A stretch of DNA of 64,000 bases from Deltaproteobacteria bacterium. Its GTDB lineage: Bacteria > Desulfobacterota > GWC2-55-46 > JADFVP01. Of this stretch, positions 52,642 to 61,822 are shown in pieces. Under the pieces are notes generated by a model. That model had not been told where the DNA came from. It did no database searches and saw only the letters and a list, made by a program, of their open reading frames with translations. Location: the NCBI GenBank assembly GCA_029262515.1, contig JAJCZH010000020.1, positions 65,457 to 129,456 of the forward strand. The letters run 5' to 3'. How positions within the stretch are numbered: the stretch's first letter is position 1; each line of letters starts with the position of its first letter. The position numbers and the translations under genes are program-made.

Positions 52642-52813
52642 TATTCGAATGGCCCTTTATAATAAGCACGGTAGCCTCAAAAGACTACTTAGATAGAAAA
52701 CCATAAAATCACAAAATCGACGGCCAAAGCGGAACCCAAAACAGATATATGAATTTTAACGCCCTTACCTAACCCGTAAGCAGAACCGGAGCATGCTCAA
52801 CTCAATTGAAAAA

Positions 52814-53971
52814 TCAAGGCGCAAACGCATATACTTTTCCGTCTTTAGAACTGACAAAGACTTTACCGTCGGAGACAGCCGGGCTCGACTGCACTCCCCC
52901 CCCTGTCTTGTACTTCCATAAAACATCTCCGAAAGTAGAATCGACAGCGTAGAAGTAACCGTCGTCGCAACCGACATATATAATACTGCTCGAAGTTAGC
53001 ACCGGAGTAGAGTTTATAGCTGCCGGAAGTTTGAACTCGGAGATATCTTCACCTGTACTCTTGTTAAGCACAACTATCTTGCCGCTCCTGAGCGCCTGAT
53101 ACAGTCGCCCCCTGCTGACTACGGGAGAGGAGTACGGAAGATCGTTCCCGAACGATTTTCTCCAGAGAACCTTACCGTTACTCACATCCATCGCAAAGAG
53201 TTTACGCTCGTTATTCGCAACATATAACATTTTACCGTTTACCGCAGGAGTGGCATAAACGGAAGAGGTCAGCTTTTTGTTCCAGTTACGCGCACCGCTC
53301 TTGATGCTAGTTGAATAGAGAGTACCGCTTTTACCAGCAACTATTATCGCGTCGTCAGCAAGGACAGGAGAGGCGTACATGCCTCCGTACTTAATCTTGT
53401 CACGTATCTTACGGCGCCACTTTCTCTTACCTGTCTTGGCATCTATGGCATAATACTGACCGTCGCTCGCAGCTATATAGACCATGCCGTCTTCCACAAA
53501 CGGAGAGGTAAATACCTCGACCTTCGTATCGTAACGCCATACCTCCTTACCGGTATCCGTGTTGAGCGCGTAGACCTTGCCGTCCTTCGAACCGAAGAAG
53601 ATGGAACCCTTGACGGCGGCAGGAGTGGAGAGTATCTCGCCATCGACCTCAAAACTCCAGAGCTTGGAGCCGGTTTCGGCATCGAGGGCATAAAGCTTCT
53701 TGTCGTACGACCCGATAAAAACCTTACCGTCGTAAACTATAGGAGAGGAGTAGATCGGTCCGCCGGTTGTAAAAGACCATTTTAGCTCCAGAGGAGGGCT
53801 CGGAGCATTTCGCGCATAAGAGGTCCGACCGCTGTCCTTCATAAACATCGGCCAGTCTGCACCGACCGTACCGGAAGAAGCGAAAATAAAAGAGACCGCC
53901 ACTGCAAGCATTACGATAATAGTAGGCATCATGCGCCGGGACCTGCCAAATAAACCTTTAATGGTTACCAT
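52814..53971 (-). CDS. PQQ-like (BamB-type) beta-propeller repeat protein
   Basis: 385 aa with a signal peptide and repeated G-K-V/L-Y-A-L/V-D-xx-T-G-K-xx-W blades. Confidence 0.8.
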   Translation of the reverse strand: MVTIKGLFGRSRRMMPTIIVMLAVAVSFIFASSGTVGADWPMFMKDSGRTSYARNAPSPPLELKWSFTTGGPIYSSPIVYDGKVFIGSYDKKLYALDAETGSKLWSFEVDGEILSTPAAVKGSIFFGSKDGKVYALNTDTGKEVWRYDTKVEVFTSPFVEDGMVYIAASDGQYYAIDAKTGKRKWRRKIRDKIKYGGMYASPVLADDAIIVAGKSGTLYSTSIKSGARNWNKKLTSSVYATPAVNGKMLYVANNERKLFAMDVSNGKVLWRKSFGNDLPYSSPVVSRGRLYQALRSGKIVVLNKSTGEDISEFKLPAAINSTPVLTSSSIIYVGCDDGYFYAVDSTFGDVLWKYKTGGGVQSSPAVSDGKVFVSSKDGKVYAFAP

Positions 53972-54615
53972 TAGACCTTAAACCTCGAAATCTTTTCCTG
54001 CGCCATCTTTCTCTCAAACGCAATAGTGTCGAGCATACTCTTCAAGTCGGCTCGTGAAGGAGCCTCACCTTTTTGAGTCAACCTCAACTCGTTAAAACTT
54101 CTCTCCATCTCCAGTACCGACCACCCGACAACTTTAAAACTCTCCTCCAGGCAGCCTGCCATAGAGTTAAAAGAGTCCGGCAGGGCAGGCTGAGCGTCGC
54201 CCATATCCACACGCTCGATAAAATAACCCCTGCCGAACTTCGAAACCGATTCCTTCAACCCAGCCATCGGAGTCTCTACGCGCTTTAATAGAACACGGCC
54301 TATCAAAGCGGCAGCAATAACTATAACGGGTACGACTGTCACGGTCAATTTCCATAATATCGGCATCGCAATTTCCGAGGTCGACCGTACCCTTATATGA
54401 ATTTTATATAACTCTGCAGTGAGCTCCCTGTCAATTAAAAAATAGACGAGAATCATATTGGCAACAATACCGATGAAGACAGCAAGAGCGAAGCCAACGA
54501 CGAAGCGAGACTGCATCTTTCTGTTTATAAAGAAGTGGCGCCTTCTTAACCTTGGAAAAGTTGGTTCTACCATAGAATCAAAACCTTCCGTAAACTCTTC
54601 CTCACCCTCAGGCAA
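53971..54615 (-). CDS. two-TM HAMP-domain membrane protein without output domain
   Basis: 214 aa: TM1, a short loop, TM2, then a HAMP-like segment (LLKRVETPMAGLKESVSKFGRGYF...) and a ~50 aa tail. Its stop overlaps the start of the PQQ gene (TAATG). Confidence 0.6.
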   Translation of the reverse strand: MPEGEEEFTEGFDSMVEPTFPRLRRRHFFINRKMQSRFVVGFALAVFIGIVANMILVYFLIDRELTAELYKIHIRVRSTSEIAMPILWKLTVTVVPVIVIAAALIGRVLLKRVETPMAGLKESVSKFGRGYFIERVDMGDAQPALPDSFNSMAGCLEESFKVVGWSVLEMERSFNELRLTQKGEAPSRADLKSMLDTIAFERKMAQEKISRFKV

Positions 54616-54706
54616 GTAAATAATATTATACCGTTATTAAAAGCCAATTAATACCGAATTAAATAGCAACTAACAAAAACAGGGCCCGAAGACGAAGCCC
54701 GACCCT

Positions 54707-55522
54707 TTACTTGACGTGGCAACCGAGACAAAGAGCGCTACCTTCATTGCTCATGCTCAACTCCTGACCGATATGCGAGTACGGATTGTGGCAAGTCCCG
54801 CACCCGACAACTCCGGCAAACAGCTTAATCCCCGACGGCAGTTCGTTCACCCCCCTCAAGGCGCCCATATACTTACGCTTCATCTCAAAGTAGTTCATGC
54901 CTATAGGATGGCTCAGCCCTATTGACTGAATGTTATGAATAATACTGGACGTAGAGGTAATTGCCCTGTTACCAGAGAGCGAATCGACGCCGAACTCACC
55001 GTCGTGGCAGGCCAGGCACTTTATCGATATATCGTCAAGAACCGTACCGAAATCGCCTACATTCAACCCGGTGGATAACGTAGAGCCGATGTGCGCCGAC
55101 CCGATAGAAACCTTGTGCAGCTCGGCATCTATGTCACTATGGCACAATATACAGAAACCCTCGCCGATAGCGTTCGACCTCAGGCGGTAAGCTCCGAAAC
55201 CCTGCTGATGAGCCGGATGGCACGTAACACAGGTGACCTGCCCTCTCCAGTCGAGCGGAAAAGTGCTCGGCACAATAGCGTTTACGGGCACCATATCTAC
55301 GGGATGCGAAAACTCCCTGGCACTCTCGTGACAGTCGAGGCAAAGCTCACTCTCGTCCGCGTACAATGTACCGGGTCCCTCACCCGGCCCCGGTACGGCT
55401 ATATGACAATCGAGACATAATCCATCGAAGTTATGATAATTAGTCCACTGGGAAAAGACGTACCCTGCATAAACAGCAAATCCGATAAATAGCGTTACTA
55501 TAATAATCCTGACCTTTACCAC
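54707..55522 (-). CDS. heptaheme c-type cytochrome with N-terminal membrane anchor
   Basis: 271 aa with an N-terminal TM or signal anchor and 7 CxxCH motifs. Confidence 0.85.
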   Translation of the reverse strand: MVKVRIIIVTLFIGFAVYAGYVFSQWTNYHNFDGLCLDCHIAVPGPGEGPGTLYADESELCLDCHESAREFSHPVDMVPVNAIVPSTFPLDWRGQVTCVTCHPAHQQGFGAYRLRSNAIGEGFCILCHSDIDAELHKVSIGSAHIGSTLSTGLNVGDFGTVLDDISIKCLACHDGEFGVDSLSGNRAITSTSSIIHNIQSIGLSHPIGMNYFEMKRKYMGALRGVNELPSGIKLFAGVVGCGTCHNPYSHIGQELSMSNEGSALCLGCHVK

Positions 55523-55529
55523 AGACGCC

Positions 55530-56138
55530 CTACTCTTTCAGAGTGACACTCGAGCCGACTCTCTTCAAGTTCTCTATAGCCGCCCCCAGGCCCGCCAACC
55601 GCCTATCAACCTCCTGTGCGCTCTCAGTACCCGGCTTTGTATCGAGAAGTTCGGCAACCAACGCCTCCTTAGACTCGATATCGGCCAAAGCATCGCTTGT
55701 ACTTCGAACTGTATGGTTAACAGAGCGAACCATGGTATTTATCTCCCCCGCAATAGAGACGAACTGATCACCGCCCCGAAGATAGGTATCATGGGTAAGG
55801 TCTCCTGCGCCGATCTCGTCAAAAGCTCTTTTAAGCCGAACAGCGGGTCCCGCCATCTTATGAGAGAAAAAGAGCGCAATTACCGCTATCGCAACCGTCA
55901 CTACAGCAAGAATAAAGACCGAATAGAACGAAGCGAACATCAAAGAGAAGATATTTACCTTCAAGGAGTAGATGGTATAGATAGCGGAGCGGTAGGAGCC
56001 ACCGAGGTTCTTGGCTGTTGCAAAGTAGATAAAGAGCGTAATGCTAAGCATCCCGAGTATGGTTAGCATACAGAGTTTTATGCCGAACTTTAGCTTAAAA
56101 CCTCTTTCAACCAATACGTCTTCGCTCATAAACGGCAT
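55530..56138 (-). CDS. two-TM HAMP-domain membrane protein without output domain
   Basis: 202 aa: TM1, a 26 aa loop, TM2, a HAMP segment (HKMAGPAVRLKRAFDEIGAGDLTHDTYL...INTMVRSV) and a ~70 aa helical tail. It is the first gene of the cytochrome cluster. Confidence 0.65.
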   Translation of the reverse strand: MPFMSEDVLVERGFKLKFGIKLCMLTILGMLSITLFIYFATAKNLGGSYRSAIYTIYSLKVNIFSLMFASFYSVFILAVVTVAIAVIALFFSHKMAGPAVRLKRAFDEIGAGDLTHDTYLRGGDQFVSIAGEINTMVRSVNHTVRSTSDALADIESKEALVAELLDTKPGTESAQEVDRRLAGLGAAIENLKRVGSSVTLKE

Positions 56139-56267
56139 CCTTATAAGGGTCAGTTAGCCTTGACATAACAACCTGCCCAGGTTTAAACCGAAGGGGTTAT
56201 TAGTGCTGACTCTGCCCGCCACGATATGCTTTGCTCTTTATTAATCGATAAAACCGGAACTGTTGCA

Positions 56268-56279
56268 GAACTTCAAGTC
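56268..56279. promoter_or_regulatory. perfect 12-bp palindrome TCAGTATACTGA upstream of the cytochrome cluster, candidate operator
   Basis: Read from the sequence ~130 nt upstream of the 56138 start. A 5-2-5 palindrome GGAAGgaCTTCC lies nearby at 56294-56305. Confidence 0.3.
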
Positions 56280-56342
56280 AGTATACTGATTATATCGGTA
56301 CCGGAAGGACTTCCTTAACCACTTTATCGACCATTTTTTATC

Positions 56343-56372
56343 TTGACAAACGGAAGGCGCGCTTACTATAGT
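56343..56372 (+). promoter_or_regulatory. sigma70-like promoter for tRNA-Cys
   Basis: TTGACA, an 18-nt spacer, then TATAGT, ~100 nt upstream of tRNA-Cys. Confidence 0.4.
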
Positions 56373-56472
56373 AAAATAATCTAAAAAGAGAGCTCAAGAC
56401 TTTCCAAAAAGCACCGATGCTATAACAGTAGAGTGCCTGTCCAAAGCAAAAACTCGACGCTCAAAGATACAT

Positions 56473-56548
56473 GGCGGCGTACCCAAGTGGTTAAGGGAGC
56501 AGTCTGCAAAACTGCCATTCAGCGGTTCGAATCCGCTCGCCGCCTCCA
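56473..56548 (+). tRNA. tRNA-Cys (anticodon GCA)
   Basis: GGCGGCGUACCCAAGUGGUUAAGGGAGCAGUCUGCAAAACUGCCAUUCAGCGGUUCGAAUCCGCUCGCCGCCUCCA, 76 nt, forms a cloverleaf with anticodon loop CUGCAAA and an encoded CCA. Confidence 0.9.
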
Positions 56549-56558
56549 AAATAAGAGA

Positions 56559-56609
56559 CCCCCTGAGAACTTCCGGCATTAGAAGTTCTCAGGGGGCCTT
56601 TCTCTTTAT
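56559..56609. terminator. bidirectional intrinsic terminator (tRNA-Cys and malic enzyme gene)
   Basis: A 15-bp perfect stem CCCCCTGAGAACTTC/GAAGTTCTCAGGGGG with T-rich tracts on both sides. Confidence 0.75.
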
Positions 56610-56660
56610 ATCTATTTAACGACAGCAACAAAAGCCGTATTTACGGCTCCCGACCCATGT

Positions 56661-58091
56661 CTATTCGTCGTCGCTATCTCTCTTGGTCTCTCTTCTGGCC
56701 ACACCCGTCTCTACCGCAGCATCTACAACGGCAGTGGCAACGAGCGGAGAGACCCTGGCGTCGAAGACGCTGGGAATAACATACTCTTCGGATAGTTCAT
56801 CCTCGGTTATTACTTCGGCAATAGCGCGCGCTGCGGCAAGCTTCATCTCCCTGTTGATCTCACTGGCATTAACAACCAGAAGCCCCTTGAAAAAACCGGG
56901 AAAACAGAGCACGTTATTGATCTGGTTCTGGTAATCTGACCTGCCGGTAGCCATTATCCTCACAAACGGCTCGGCAGCAGCGGGATCGATCTCAGGGTCC
57001 GGGTTCGAAAGCGCAAAGACGATCGGGTCCTTCGCCATCTTCTTCACCCCCTCTACGCTGAGTATATTGGGCGCCGAGACCCCTATAAAGATATCCGCAC
57101 CCTCTATCACCGATGCCAGCGGCCCTTTAACCCGGCCCAGGTTTATAATCTCGGCAAGCGAAACCTTTTCGTCATTCATATTCGCCTCCCGACCTTTGTA
57201 AAGAGACCCGGCCGAATCGACACCTATTATATTCGTGGCGCCTGCATGCTCTAAAAGCCGTGCGCAGGCCACCCCTGCGGCGCCGAGTCCGGAGATCACT
57301 ATCTTCGTCTCCTCAATTTTCTTGCCGACCACTTTTAAAGAATTTATTACTCCGGCCATCACAACAACCGCAGTGCCGTGCTGGTCATCGTGAAAGACCG
57401 GAATATCGAGCCTGCGAGCCAGTTCACGCTCTATATAGAAACACCGGGGCGCGGAGATATCCTCTAAATTAATGCCGCCGAAGACTGGGGCTATCCTCAC
57501 AACGGTATCTATAATCTCGTCGGGATCCTTGGTGTCGAGGCATATAGGAAAGGCATTGACGCCGCTAAACTTCTTAAAAAGCATCGACTTACCTTCCATA
57601 ACAGGCAACGCTGCCTCGGGGCCTATGTCACCGAGACCGAGCACAGCTGAACCGTCCGTGACAATCGCTATCGTATTTTTCTTGATGGTAAGATTGTACG
57701 ACTTATTCTTGTCTTCGGCAATCTCCATACAGACGCGCGCCACACCAGGGGTATAGACCATGGAAAGGTCATCACGGGTATTGAGCGCACGTTTCGACTC
57801 TATCGTGATCTTTCCGCCAAGGTGTACGAGAAAGGTCCTGTCAGAAACGCTCAGGACCTCTAATCCGTCGAGCACTTTAAGCTCTTCGACCAGCTCGTGG
57901 CTATGCTCTACATTACCGGCATTTACCGTATAGTCCCGCGTCACATGATTCTTCTTCGCCGAAACAATATCTATGGCGCCGATATCTCCACCCGACTCTC
58001 CCAGGACGGAAGTTATCATGCCAACCATGCCAGGTCTATTCTCGGACTTTATCCTGACCGTAAAGCTGTAACTCGAACTAGGTGTTTGCAT
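56661..58091 (-). CDS. NAD(P)-dependent malic enzyme with N-terminal ACT domain
   Basis: 476 aa with an ACT-like N-terminus and malic enzyme motifs (VYTPGVA, GLGDIG, VISGLGAAG). Confidence 0.88.
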   Translation of the reverse strand: MQTPSSSYSFTVRIKSENRPGMVGMITSVLGESGGDIGAIDIVSAKKNHVTRDYTVNAGNVEHSHELVEELKVLDGLEVLSVSDRTFLVHLGGKITIESKRALNTRDDLSMVYTPGVARVCMEIAEDKNKSYNLTIKKNTIAIVTDGSAVLGLGDIGPEAALPVMEGKSMLFKKFSGVNAFPICLDTKDPDEIIDTVVRIAPVFGGINLEDISAPRCFYIERELARRLDIPVFHDDQHGTAVVVMAGVINSLKVVGKKIEETKIVISGLGAAGVACARLLEHAGATNIIGVDSAGSLYKGREANMNDEKVSLAEIINLGRVKGPLASVIEGADIFIGVSAPNILSVEGVKKMAKDPIVFALSNPDPEIDPAAAEPFVRIMATGRSDYQNQINNVLCFPGFFKGLLVVNASEINREMKLAAARAIAEVITEDELSEEYVIPSVFDARVSPLVATAVVDAAVETGVARRETKRDSDDE

Positions 58092-58487
58092 CTACCCTCT
58101 CCCGCTTCTTTTCTTCTTATTGTTAAATGACGCCCAAAATAGACAAAAACCACCGCTACGACCATACCGATTCGGTCATGCTCTACACTGTTATATTATT
58201 ATGCAAGTTTAAACTCAATAGATACTTTCAGTCACCGCCTATCTTTTGACGGAAGAAATTCCCGGCACGACTTGACAAACCGGGAATCGTACCAGATACT
58301 TTATTCAGTATCGGTTATTTTACCGGGTACTTTATTAGGAAACAACAGTGACGACATAAGGCGAAAGCACAAATTGGGCTATACCCAACGCCATTACATA
58401 GAGGCAGCAGTACAAAAACTCCGTAAACGGCAGCTTACGGGGTACTAAAACAGGTTAATAAACAGAATAGTACAGGGGGATCCTTTA

Positions 58488-58808
58488 ATGATAAGTCTTA
58501 CCGAAAATGCGGCAAAACAGATACAGAAGGTACAAAACGACACAAGCGCTGCGGATTTATTTCTGCGCGTTGATGTTGTAGACGGCGGATGCAGCGGCCA
58601 TCAATACAAGCTCGGATTCGACGACCCGCACGAAGGGGATGAGCAGTTCGAGTCGTACGGAATCTCTTTAGTGATCAATGAAAGCTCGGCACAGATACTC
58701 GACGGAGTAGAGATCGATTATGTAGAAAACCTCGAAGGCTCTACCTTCACTTTTAAAAACCCGAAAGCAACCGGCGGTTGCGGTTGTGGAAAGAGCTTTA
58801 GCGTTTAG
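58488..58808 (+). CDS. HesB/IscA/ErpA-family iron-sulfur cluster insertion protein
   Basis: 106 aa with Cys at the GGCSG site and a C-terminal CGCGxSF. Confidence 0.88.
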   Translation: MISLTENAAKQIQKVQNDTSAADLFLRVDVVDGGCSGHQYKLGFDDPHEGDEQFESYGISLVINESSAQILDGVEIDYVENLEGSTFTFKNPKATGGCGCGKSFSV

Positions 58809-58871
58809 CGAGCAAACATTTCCATACAACGGAAGTTAATAAATAAGAGACTACAGAAGCAACACGCAAAA

Positions 58872-58904
58872 GGGAGAACGGCTAGCAGGCCGCTCTCCCT
58901 TTTT
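58872..58904. terminator. intrinsic terminator after the IscA-like gene
   Basis: Hairpin GGGAGAACGGC-TAGCAG-GCCGCTCTCCC followed by TTTTT. Confidence 0.7.
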
Positions 58905-58941
58905 ACATACAAACAAAAAATGTCAGATCAGAAGCCTGACG

Positions 58942-60138
58942 TCACACCTTTGAGAGGTACTTTACAGCCGTCCACGACAGTATCTCGGCGCCTACCTTCA
59001 GAGCATCCTCATCTATATCGAACATGGAGTTATGCAGGTGCGACGTTATGCCCTTATCCCTGTTACCGGTACCGAGCCTTACAAGCGTACCCGGCACCTT
59101 TTCCGCAAAATAGGCGAAGTCTTCCGCTCCCATCAACGGCTCGGCAAGTTCTATGACATTATGCGCCCCAAGGATTTCGCGAGCAGAGTCGGCCACAAAG
59201 GCATCGACCTTTTTGCTGTTTACTACCGGCGGGGTACCGAACCAATACTCAAGCTCATAACCGCCGCCCATGCCCTCGGTAACACCCTTTATTGTCTCCT
59301 CTATCAATGAATGAATCTTCTTTCTCGCAGCCGGGTCGAGCGCCCGTACCGTACCCTCCATCTCAACATGATCGGCGATTATATTAGGTGCCATGCCTCC
59401 CTGTACCGTTCCAATAGAGATAACCCCGTGGTGAAGCGGGTCCGTACGACGGCTGACTATATGGTGTATCGCATTGACCACTAAAGAGGCGAGTAGCACA
59501 GCGTCTACGCACTGGTGCGGCCTCGAAGCATGTCCGCTTTTCCCCTTGACGACTATTCTAAACCTGTCGCTCGACGCGCTCATGATACCTGGCCTGTGCC
59601 CTACTGTTCCGACCTCCATCTCAGGAAAGCAGTGCAGTGCGACGATTGCCGATGGCACGGGGTCTTCGAGCGCACCCTCCTCTATCATAAACTTCGCTCC
59701 CGTTACTGCGCGCTCTTCAGAAGGCTGAAAAATCAGTTTTACCGAACCTGTAAGCCTCTCTCTAAACGAGTTGAGAACTATTGCGGTGCCGAGCAGCATG
59801 GTCGTATGGGCATCGTGGCCGCAGGCGTGCATAACGCCCTCGACCTTCGACGCATACTCTACCGATTTCTTGTCCTGAACCGGCAGCGCGTCCATATCCG
59901 CTCTAAAGGCTATTGTGCGCCCGGGCCGTGCTCCGTTAATAACCCCGACTACGCCGTAACCGCCGACGCCGGTGCGCAACTCTATATCGTTATCTTCCAG
60001 AATGCCCGCGACAAAAGCCGACGTCTTCTCCTCTTCTCCGGAAAGCTCCGGATAAGAGTGTATATCTCGACGGAATTTGATCAACCGCGCATGTATTGCG
60101 GTTATCGACTCTCTTATCTCTTCAATACTTACGGTCAT
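58942..60138 (-). CDS. M20D-family amidohydrolase (N-acyl-L-amino acid amidohydrolase/hippuricase-like)
   Basis: 398 aa with the metal ligands HACGHD...E...H typical of the M20 peptidase family. Confidence 0.85.
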   Translation of the reverse strand: MTVSIEEIRESITAIHARLIKFRRDIHSYPELSGEEEKTSAFVAGILEDNDIELRTGVGGYGVVGVINGARPGRTIAFRADMDALPVQDKKSVEYASKVEGVMHACGHDAHTTMLLGTAIVLNSFRERLTGSVKLIFQPSEERAVTGAKFMIEEGALEDPVPSAIVALHCFPEMEVGTVGHRPGIMSASSDRFRIVVKGKSGHASRPHQCVDAVLLASLVVNAIHHIVSRRTDPLHHGVISIGTVQGGMAPNIIADHVEMEGTVRALDPAARKKIHSLIEETIKGVTEGMGGGYELEYWFGTPPVVNSKKVDAFVADSAREILGAHNVIELAEPLMGAEDFAYFAEKVPGTLVRLGTGNRDKGITSHLHNSMFDIDEDALKVGAEILSWTAVKYLSKV

Positions 60139-60232
60139 TTTTCGCCTATACCTCCTGTTGCCGCCGGATACGCCTTACTGAAGTGAGGCGCCTGCCCGTT
60201 AATTATACTACAACTCCAGGTTCAACGCCTCT

Positions 60233-61822
60233 TTACAAACCGTGCACCACGCCGCCGCGCCTGTTGTCCCCGGCCCCGTCTATACCGTCAGAGCCGAGCA
60301 GCACCGTATGGACACCCCCGAAATACATGTGCTTGGTGCTCCACCTGTTTACATCCACTCCACCTGCCTCAAGCTCATCGAGCACGGCAGAGTCCACGCC
60401 GGTCTCCACCTGAAAGACCCCGTCGTCGTAATGGACACGCGACCGGTTGACGGCCTGCTCCACGGGAAGGTTGAAGTCCATGACATTTACGATAACCTGA
60501 AAAATCGCATCCCTTATGCGCTTTGAGCCTCCGCTCCCGAGAGCGACTACGGGCTCGTGCCCCTTCATAAGTATAGTCGGAGCCATCATGGAACTCATCC
60601 GGACGCCTGCCGGGGTCACATGGAAGCCGTGCGGGTTGAGATCGTCCTCACCGCACATGCTGTTCATCATAATGCCGGTTCCGGGAATCATATAACCGCA
60701 ACCGATACCGGTAGATGTGGTTACGGTCGCCGCATTGCCGTCTTTGTCGAGCACGCTTATCTGAGTGGTATTGCCAGAGCCCGGCCCCTTCGACTCTGCG
60801 GTACTCGCCGGTTGCACGCCCTCTCCGGCCTCCCACGCATCTATCATAGCCCTGTACCGCCCTACCGTCTCATCCGAAAGCAATCTGTCGGCTATATCTT
60901 CATCATAAATAAACGCATCGAACTCTTCTCTTCTCGCCTCGTTCGTCGCCCTCATTACATGCTCTAAAAGCCTTAAGTGCGCGTACCCGTTATGCTCAAA
61001 ACCGCTGAGGTTAAAACCGTCGAGCAGCCTGAGGGCAAAGGCTATTAAAGAGCCGCCGGAGGAAGGCGGCGGATTTGTAAAGACCGTACGCCCCCTGTAC
61101 TTAAGCTCCAACGGTGTCCGCTCTATTACGCTGTACTCTTCTATATCCTTGCTCGTAAAGAGACCCCTTGTGCCGAACCCTTCGAGCATTCTCTCAGCCA
61201 ACTCTCCTTCGTAAAACCTTTCCAGGCCGTCTCTTGCAAGGTAATCGAAGGTCTCGGCCATCTGCCTGTTTACCAGCAGTTCTCCTTCTAAAAGCGCAGA
61301 CCCCTTTGGGGCGTAGATTGCGCTCGCCTCTTTCGAGGCCGTAAGCACGGGAGAGAGCATTTTATTAAAATTAGCCTGAACAGGACTGAGCTCAATGCCG
61401 TCGCGTGCGTACTTAATGGCAGGCTCGAGCAGTTCTTTTAAAGGCAGCGTGCAGTGGTTCTTGTAGACCGTAGCCATACCCGCGATGTTACCCGGCATCG
61501 CTGCCGCTCCCTCGCCTATGTGGAGTTCCTGGAGCATACCGCCGAAGTTCACATGAATAGAGTAGAAGTTCATGTTATCGGTTCCGCCGGTCCTGCCCAT
61601 GCCCGGAACATCGGTAAAAAAGTCGTAGAACCGCACCTTGTCTTCACCCTTCGGGTGGGCCATTAGAAAACCGCCGCCCGCAGCGCTCGTAAGTGCGCTC
61701 TCTGTAACAAAAGAGGCGAATGCCGCAGCAACCGCAGCGTCGAAGGCGTTTCCTCCGGCTCTCAAAATTTCCGCTCCGGCACGCGCCGTAAGATCATGCC
61801 CCGCCGCTACTATACCTTTCAT
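60233..61822 (-). CDS. ggt: gamma-glutamyltransferase family protein
   Basis: 529 aa with the nucleophile region TTQISVLDKDGNAA and the GGS oxyanion motif. Confidence 0.85.
   Translation of the reverse strand: MKGIVAAGHDLTARAGAEILRAGGNAFDAAVAAAFASFVTESALTSAAGGGFLMAHPKGEDKVRFYDFFTDVPGMGRTGGTDNMNFYSIHVNFGGMLQELHIGEGAAAMPGNIAGMATVYKNHCTLPLKELLEPAIKYARDGIELSPVQANFNKMLSPVLTASKEASAIYAPKGSALLEGELLVNRQMAETFDYLARDGLERFYEGELAERMLEGFGTRGLFTSKDIEEYSVIERTPLELKYRGRTVFTNPPPSSGGSLIAFALRLLDGFNLSGFEHNGYAHLRLLEHVMRATNEARREEFDAFIYDEDIADRLLSDETVGRYRAMIDAWEAGEGVQPASTAESKGPGSGNTTQISVLDKDGNAATVTTSTGIGCGYMIPGTGIMMNSMCGEDDLNPHGFHVTPAGVRMSSMMAPTILMKGHEPVVALGSGGSKRIRDAIFQVIVNVMDFNLPVEQAVNRSRVHYDDGVFQVETGVDSAVLDELEAGGVDVNRWSTKHMYFGGVHTVLLGSDGIDGAGDNRRGGVVHGL

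Noticed and set aside
43891-56548. Integrated mobile island delimited by the two tRNAs
   Set aside because: No integrase, transposase, att-like repeats or plasmid or phage genes are visible. It is kept as a low-confidence finding rather than a feature.
56394-56579. 61-aa minus-strand ORF
   Set aside because: It overlaps the tRNA-Cys gene and its terminator hairpin.
58920-59156. 78-aa plus-strand ORF after the IscA-like gene
   Set aside because: It lies downstream of an intrinsic terminator and antisense to the M20 amidohydrolase C-terminus.
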